A DNA stretch of 64,000 nucleotides from Elsinoe ampelina. Taxonomy: Eukaryota. Where the stretch lies: assembly GCA_010093995.1 (NCBI GenBank), contig ML992506.1, positions 1,355,617 through 1,419,616 on the forward strand. The letters are read 5' to 3'. Position 1 is the stretch's first letter, and each line of letters starts with the position of its first letter. A program made the translations under genes and the position numbers. Below are positions 58,547 to 64,000 of this stretch, piece after piece. The notes under the pieces were generated by a model that did not search any database, had not been told where the DNA came from, and saw only the letters and a list, made by a program, of their open reading frames with translations.

Positions 58547-60991
58547 ATGAGAGCCTATCCTCTTCTCGTCAAATGGCACAATGACAATGCTCCAATCTAC
58601 TCGGCTGCGTTCGAGACGGGTCCAAAAGGTAGACTCGCTACTGCTGGTGGGGATAATCAGGTGAGGGTATGTGCAAAGTAGCGTTCCGTCCAGCATGTCC
58701 ACGTACTTACACTGTCACAGCTCTGGAAGATTGAAGGCACCGACGATGAGAAGAAAGTCACATTTTTGTCAACGCTTGAGAAGCACACACAAGCCGTAAA
58801 TGTGGTACGATGGTGCCCAAAAGGCAAGCTCACACTGTTGCACTTCACATGACGGTAGACTGACAGCAGAAACAGGAGAGATGCTCGCGACTGCCGGCGA
58901 CGATGGTAATGTCCTGTTGTGGATACCAGCCGACCACTCGACTGCCAACAATCTATCAGAGGATGCTTCGGATATGAAAGAGACATGGAGAGTCAAGACA
59001 ATGTGTAGATCACCAACAGGAGCTGAAATATATGATCTGGCGTGGTCACCGGATGGCACATTCTTCATCACAGGGAGCATGGACAACGTTGCGAGGATCT
59101 ACGATACATCAGGTCAGAAGCTTCAAGATGGGTATCATGGCAGAAGCTGACATCCCAAATAGGCACAGTTGTCCGACAGGTAGCAGATGCCCACACCCAC
59201 TACGTTCAAGGAGTTGCTTGGGATCCACTGAACGAGTACATTGCAACTCAATCTTCAGACCGCTCGGTACATATCTTTACTCTCAAGTCGAAGGACGGAC
59301 ATCCATCACTCACAACCCACAACAAAATTACAAAAATGGACATGCCGAGCAGACGAGTGTCATCCAACAGTCCTGCGCCTCCAGATTTCCGAGGGAGAGC
59401 ACTGGCCAGCGAGAACCTCGAGAGAGTGATAGGGTCACCAATCCCTTCTGCCCCAGGCACTCCCCAGTCTCTGGCTTTGCCTATGAACCCGCCGCCCACA
59501 TCCCACAGCAGACGATCGTCTTTTGGTTCCACAGCAGCGCCCTCAATACGACGGTCTGTTTCGCCAAGCCCTTCCCTGCCTCTGCCAGCAATCATGCCCG
59601 CAGCCTCGCCGGGAATATCTGGTCATATGCCAATGACCAGTCTCAAAAACACCAGCCTCTATGCAAACGAGACATTCACCTCATTCTTCCGCCGTTTGAC
59701 GTTTGCACCAGATGGCAGCCTTCTTTTTACCCCAGCAGGACAGCATAAGGAGCAGACCCATCATGGCGAGAAGAGCGATGAGGTCTCCAACATGACTTAC
59801 ATTTACACCAGAGCAGGGCTCAACAAGCCGCCAGTGGCAAAACTGCCAGGTCACAGGAAGCCGTCACTTGCGGTGAGATGTTCGCCGATCTACTACACTT
59901 TGCGGAGCGCACCAGTCAAGACACGAGAGATTACTATCGATACAGGCAATCAGGAAGGGGACTTGTCACCTCTGCCAGAACCCGTGCTTGAATCAAGGGC
60001 ACCGACATCGCAGACGACAATGGATCCTCCACCACCAATGAGCGCCCCATCACCCGCACAGAGCTCGACAACTGCACCGTCCCCCAGACATGTAGATCCT
60101 GAGCCGAGTCCGCTGAGCAACACTCATGGTGGTCTGCCCGCTGGGCCATCGCCTGTGTTTGACCTGCCATATCGCATGATCTATGCCATAGCCACTCAAG
60201 ATGCGGTCCATGTCTATGACACTCAGCAGAAGCAGCCGATATGCGTGGTTAGCAACCTGCATTATGCCACCTTTACTGATCTGAGCTGGTGAGTCCTCAG
60301 GAGAAAACAACGCGTCCATCAGCTAACAAGTATCAGGACTTCTGACGGCTCGATACTTTTGATCAGTTCCTCGGATGGCTTCTGCTCGTGTCTCACCTTT
60401 GCCCCTGGGGAGCTTGGTGTAGTGCACCATCCGTCAGCGGCTACTCGCCAAATACCATCGCAGATCATGACGGCGGCATCGCCTGGCGCTGGAGTCACGA
60501 CGCCTTCACAGACACCCACACAAGCGACTGCGCCTCCGTTGCCTCGTCCAGCATCGTCGCAGAGCCAACCAGCTGGACAGTCGCCTTTTGTCCCGGCACA
60601 TCCAGCCAGCCCGGCCCGCTCCATGTCGATATCGTCAGTCACCACCCAAGAGCTCACACAGTCATTTGCGGACCATTCAGACTCGAGAGCAGCGAGCAGT
60701 CTGACCCCTCAAATCAGTAGCATGCCCACCAACGTAGCCGCCGCCGGATCGTCCGCTGGTGGTTTGCCCATGTTCACTCCGCCACAGACACCAGGATCCA
60801 GCATGGTGGCATCGACGAGTGTGCCTTCTGCTGCAGCAGGTACGAAACGTGAGGGCGAAGTCGCGGCGAGCGGCCAGGAGAAGAGACGACGCATCGCCCC
60901 TACGTTGATCAGTGGTGATGAGAACGCAAAGGTGCCGCCGGCTCCGGCGCCAACGCCAGCTCCTTCGGTCGATACAGAGAAGAAGGACTGA
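58547..60991 (+). CDS. CAC2: Chromatin assembly factor 1 subunit B (p60, WD40)
   Basis: MRAYPLLVKWHNDNAPIYS..RLATAGGDN, HTQAVNVVRW, EIYDLAWSPD, HYVQGVAWDPLNEYIATQSSDRSV, SFFRRLTFAPDG and NLHYATFTDLSW motifs, plus C-terminal B-like motif KRRRIAPTL. Four introns. Confidence 0.93.
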
Positions 60992-62266
60992 TGGCCCTCG
61001 CGCATAGCAATCGTTTCTTTTGTCAGCGATGCATATTATACAGCAAGCCCGGCGTTTGTGGTAAAACAGGAGGGGAAAGGGTCTCTACAGCATGGACGGC
61101 CATCAGTTTCGTATCGTACATTGATCCATGGGCGCAGTGCTTTCTCCGAGATACCAAGGCTGTTACATAATACAGCTCTGCAATAGGAATCTATCATAAC
61201 AAAAACATGCTCACACGTTCAATCTCGCGGGTCCAGCTACTTGGGACCTGCCAAGTACCATGACCTCCCGGAACCGGCATGGAACATGTCGCCGCCTATC
61301 GAGGTGCCACCTGTGCTGTCGTCTGGTACCTGCCCGATTAGTCGATCGTTTTCAATGATTTTCAGATCTGCGGGGGCCACATCGGCCTGCAATAATTTCT
61401 GGAGACGGACGGGGAGACGTCACTGCTCGAGCTCGAGTGGTTTGGCGCCTTGAGAACCACTCTGTGTGAGATGCGCCACGCCCAATCGCCGTTCTGAAGA
61501 TTACAGGGCAGGCGGGGGGGCAGGTGAATGAATGAATCGTCGACCACGCGAGGTGGCGTTAGCGTCATCCACGATCTGAATCCGAGGGATTTGGCCATGC
61601 ATCGGCTCCGCTTTCGGCTCAGTACGTCCTACCTAGTGACTGACCACTGGAACCAAATCGATCTGGTCGACGTCTGTCGTCCCAACGACGAAATAATAAA
61701 AAAATGCTTGTTTGTCATGCAACTTATCTCGTCGACACCCATCCCAGGCAGGAGCTTAGTGCAGATCTGGCAGGCTCCATCGATCAACCAATTCTGCGGC
61801 CAATTTCACGACATTTGGGAGCCTTCCTGCCGCCTCTACCTAGTCCCCTAGTGGTCTCCAAGCACTTTCCTTATCAATACCAGTCCCCAGTCCCCTTTCA
61901 ATTTCGACATGTCAATACAGCACCGCTCATCCTGGTCGCTAATCCGGCACGCTGGTCCCTGGGGCACCTTTCCCACCCTTTTTTTTTTCGCTGCTCAATG
62001 CCGTGCCTCGTCGTCAGGGCCAACTTTTACGGTAGAGGGGGGCCATCGTGTCGTGATGGGCTTTTCGACTTGCCCGATGTAGGTTGGTGTGGTCGCCGGT
62101 AGGTATATCACCTCTGTGGTCGCCCCCTGTCTGTATTTATGTATCGCTGTGCCACTCGGGACGTCGCTCTTGTCTTTTGTGATAGGTCTACCTCGCAGAC
62201 AGAGTTTGAGATCTTGCAGCGACAGATCGACTTGACACGGGCTTTGCTGGTCTTGATTGTTTCAGC

Positions 62267-63970
62267 ATGCGTGGATCGCTGTTTACCGCCCTGTTGGGCT
62301 TGACGGCTTCGGTCTCGGCCTTTGCGCCTGGATTGGAGGTTCGTGGTGATGATGGTACGTTGATGTCTGCCTTGGGTGCATGAACCTGTGCTAAATGTCT
62401 GATAGAACGCAAGAAGCATCCGAAGCTACCTCTGCTTCAAGAGGCGACTCTCGCGGAGCTCAATGCTGGTCTCGAGAAACGACAGTTCACCAGCGTTGAC
62501 CTCGTCAAGGCATACTCTGCCCGTATCCTCGAGGTTAATGGCACCCTCAATGTGGTGACCGAGATCAACCCCGATGCCATCCGCATCGCTAGGGAATCAG
62601 ACCGCCGCCGAAGGGCTGGTCGTCTCCGAGGACCCCTTGATGGTATCCCAGTACTCATCAAGAACAACATCGCCACCGCCGACCAGATGTCAAACACCGC
62701 TGGCTCTTTCTCCCTGCTCGGTGCAAAGGTCGCCAACGATGCAACTGTCGCAGCGAAGCTTCGCAAAGCTGGTGCCGTCATCCTCGGAAAGTCCAACCTT
62801 TCTCAGTGGGCCAACTACCGCTCGACCAACTCATCCAACGGCTGGTCAGCCTACGGCGGTCAATGCAATGCAGCATACTATCCCGATCAAGATCCCTCGG
62901 GTTCCTCGTCTGGGTCAGGTGTCGCCTCTTCGCTCGGTCTCGCATGGGCCTCCCTCGGTACTGAGACTTCCGGCTCCATTCTGTCCCCTTCCAATGTCAA
63001 CAACCTCGTCGGTATCAAGCCCACGGTCGGTCTCACCTCGCGCCATCTTGTCATCCCCATCTCCGAGCACCAGGACACCATCGGTCCGATGGCCCGCACT
63101 GTCACGGACGCCGCCTACCTCCTCCAAGCCATCGCCGGTGTTGACCCACTCGACAACTACACCTCGGCCATTCCCGGCGGCAAAGTCCCCGACTACATCA
63201 AGGCCCTCGACGCCGACGCCCTCTCCGGCGCCCGCCTCGGCGTCCCCAACAACATCATCTCCCCCCGCTTCAACCCGGTAATCCGCACCGCCTTCAACTC
63301 CGCCCTCTCCCTCCTCACCTCCTCGGGCGCCACCATCACCGACGCCCCCTTCACCGGCTACGCAGCCTACCTCAACAGCTCCGCGCCCGGCACCGTCCTC
63401 GACGCCGACTTCCTCATCAACCTCCGCCAATACCTCGCCCTCCTCACCCGCAACCCCAACAACGTCACCGACCTCGCCTCCGTCGCCGCCTTCACCAAGG
63501 CCTTCCCCGCCGAGGAGTTCCCCTCGCGCAACACCGGCGTGTGGGACGAAGCCCTCGCCTTGGGCTACGACAACACGGACCCGCGCTTCTTCCCGGCCTA
63601 CCAACAAAACCTCTTCTTCGGCGGCGAAGGCGGCGTCCTCGGCGCTCTGGACCGGAACAACCTCACCGCCATCGTGCTGCCGACGAATCTCTCCCCGGGC
63701 ATCCCGGCGTTGGTGGGGAGTCCCGTCGTCACGGTCCCGCTCGGGTTTTACCCGAGTAACACGACGGTGGTGCGGAATAGCCGCGGGAACCTCGTCGCGA
63801 CGGCGCCAGGGGTGCCGTTTGGGTTGAGTTTTCTGGGGAGGAAGTTTGATGAGGAGACGCTTGTGGGGTTGGCGTATGCTTTTGAGCAGAAGACGTTGGC
63901 GAGACTGCAGGGGAAAACGTACTTGGCTCCGAAGACGGAACTGGTGGATGTGTTGAGGAAGGGGGAGTGA
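62267..63970 (+). CDS. Secreted amidase-signature family enzyme
   Basis: Signal peptide MRGSLFTALLGLTASVSA and intron 62355-62405. Catalytic motifs GIPVLIKNNI, PSGSSSGS and LGTETSGSI. Confidence 0.92.
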
Positions 63971-64000
63971 CTGGGGTTTGAGGGGAGGGGGATGTGTGAG

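Noticed and set aside
61238..61600. Coding-like - strand stretch (RLQKLLQADVAPADLKIIENDRLIG...) between CAC2 and the amidase
   Set aside because: Interrupted by a stop with no clear start or domain. At best an unassignable relic.
1..64000. tRNA, rRNA or CRISPR arrays
   Set aside because: No cloverleaf with A/B boxes, rRNA-like segment or repeat-spacer array was seen by eye. An intron-containing tRNA could have been missed.

Overview
Eukaryotic, intron-containing DNA from a filamentous ascomycete. Evidence: GT-AG introns of about 50 nt with CTRAC branch sites and RIP-mutated repeats; a Dothideomycete origin is plausible but not demonstrable here. Bases 1-3431 are a RIP-degraded Ty1/Copia retrotransposon on the - strand, with recognisable gag, protease, integrase-SH3 and RT motifs, a PBS and a 142-bp 5' LTR. 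It sits inserted in frame at the edge of an FNR-type oxidoreductase gene fragment. The rest is gene-dense euchromatin: GMPPA, BCKDHB, MAM3, a DUF1752/DUF3295 protein, a CCCH/CHY zinc-finger protein, an MFS transporter, HP1, CCT5, a large low-complexity orphan with an apparent frameshift, KCH1, KAR2/BiP, an F-box protein, a small Cys-rich protein, a secreted Ser/Thr-rich PAN-like glycoprotein, LAMTOR1/EGO1, a GH92 pseudogene, KHA1, a PQ-loop protein, CAC2 and a secreted amidase. There is also a 337-bp Mutator-like MITE with 9-bp TSDs. The most unusual locus is the CCCH/CHY gene, which has an 8-nt micro-exon building a CxxC motif and three enlarged introns; its 760-nt intron looks like a nested, multibranched structured RNA. 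A repeated C-rich-to-G-rich skew switch also recurs across the window. All calls are by eye from motifs, with no database searches or folding runs.
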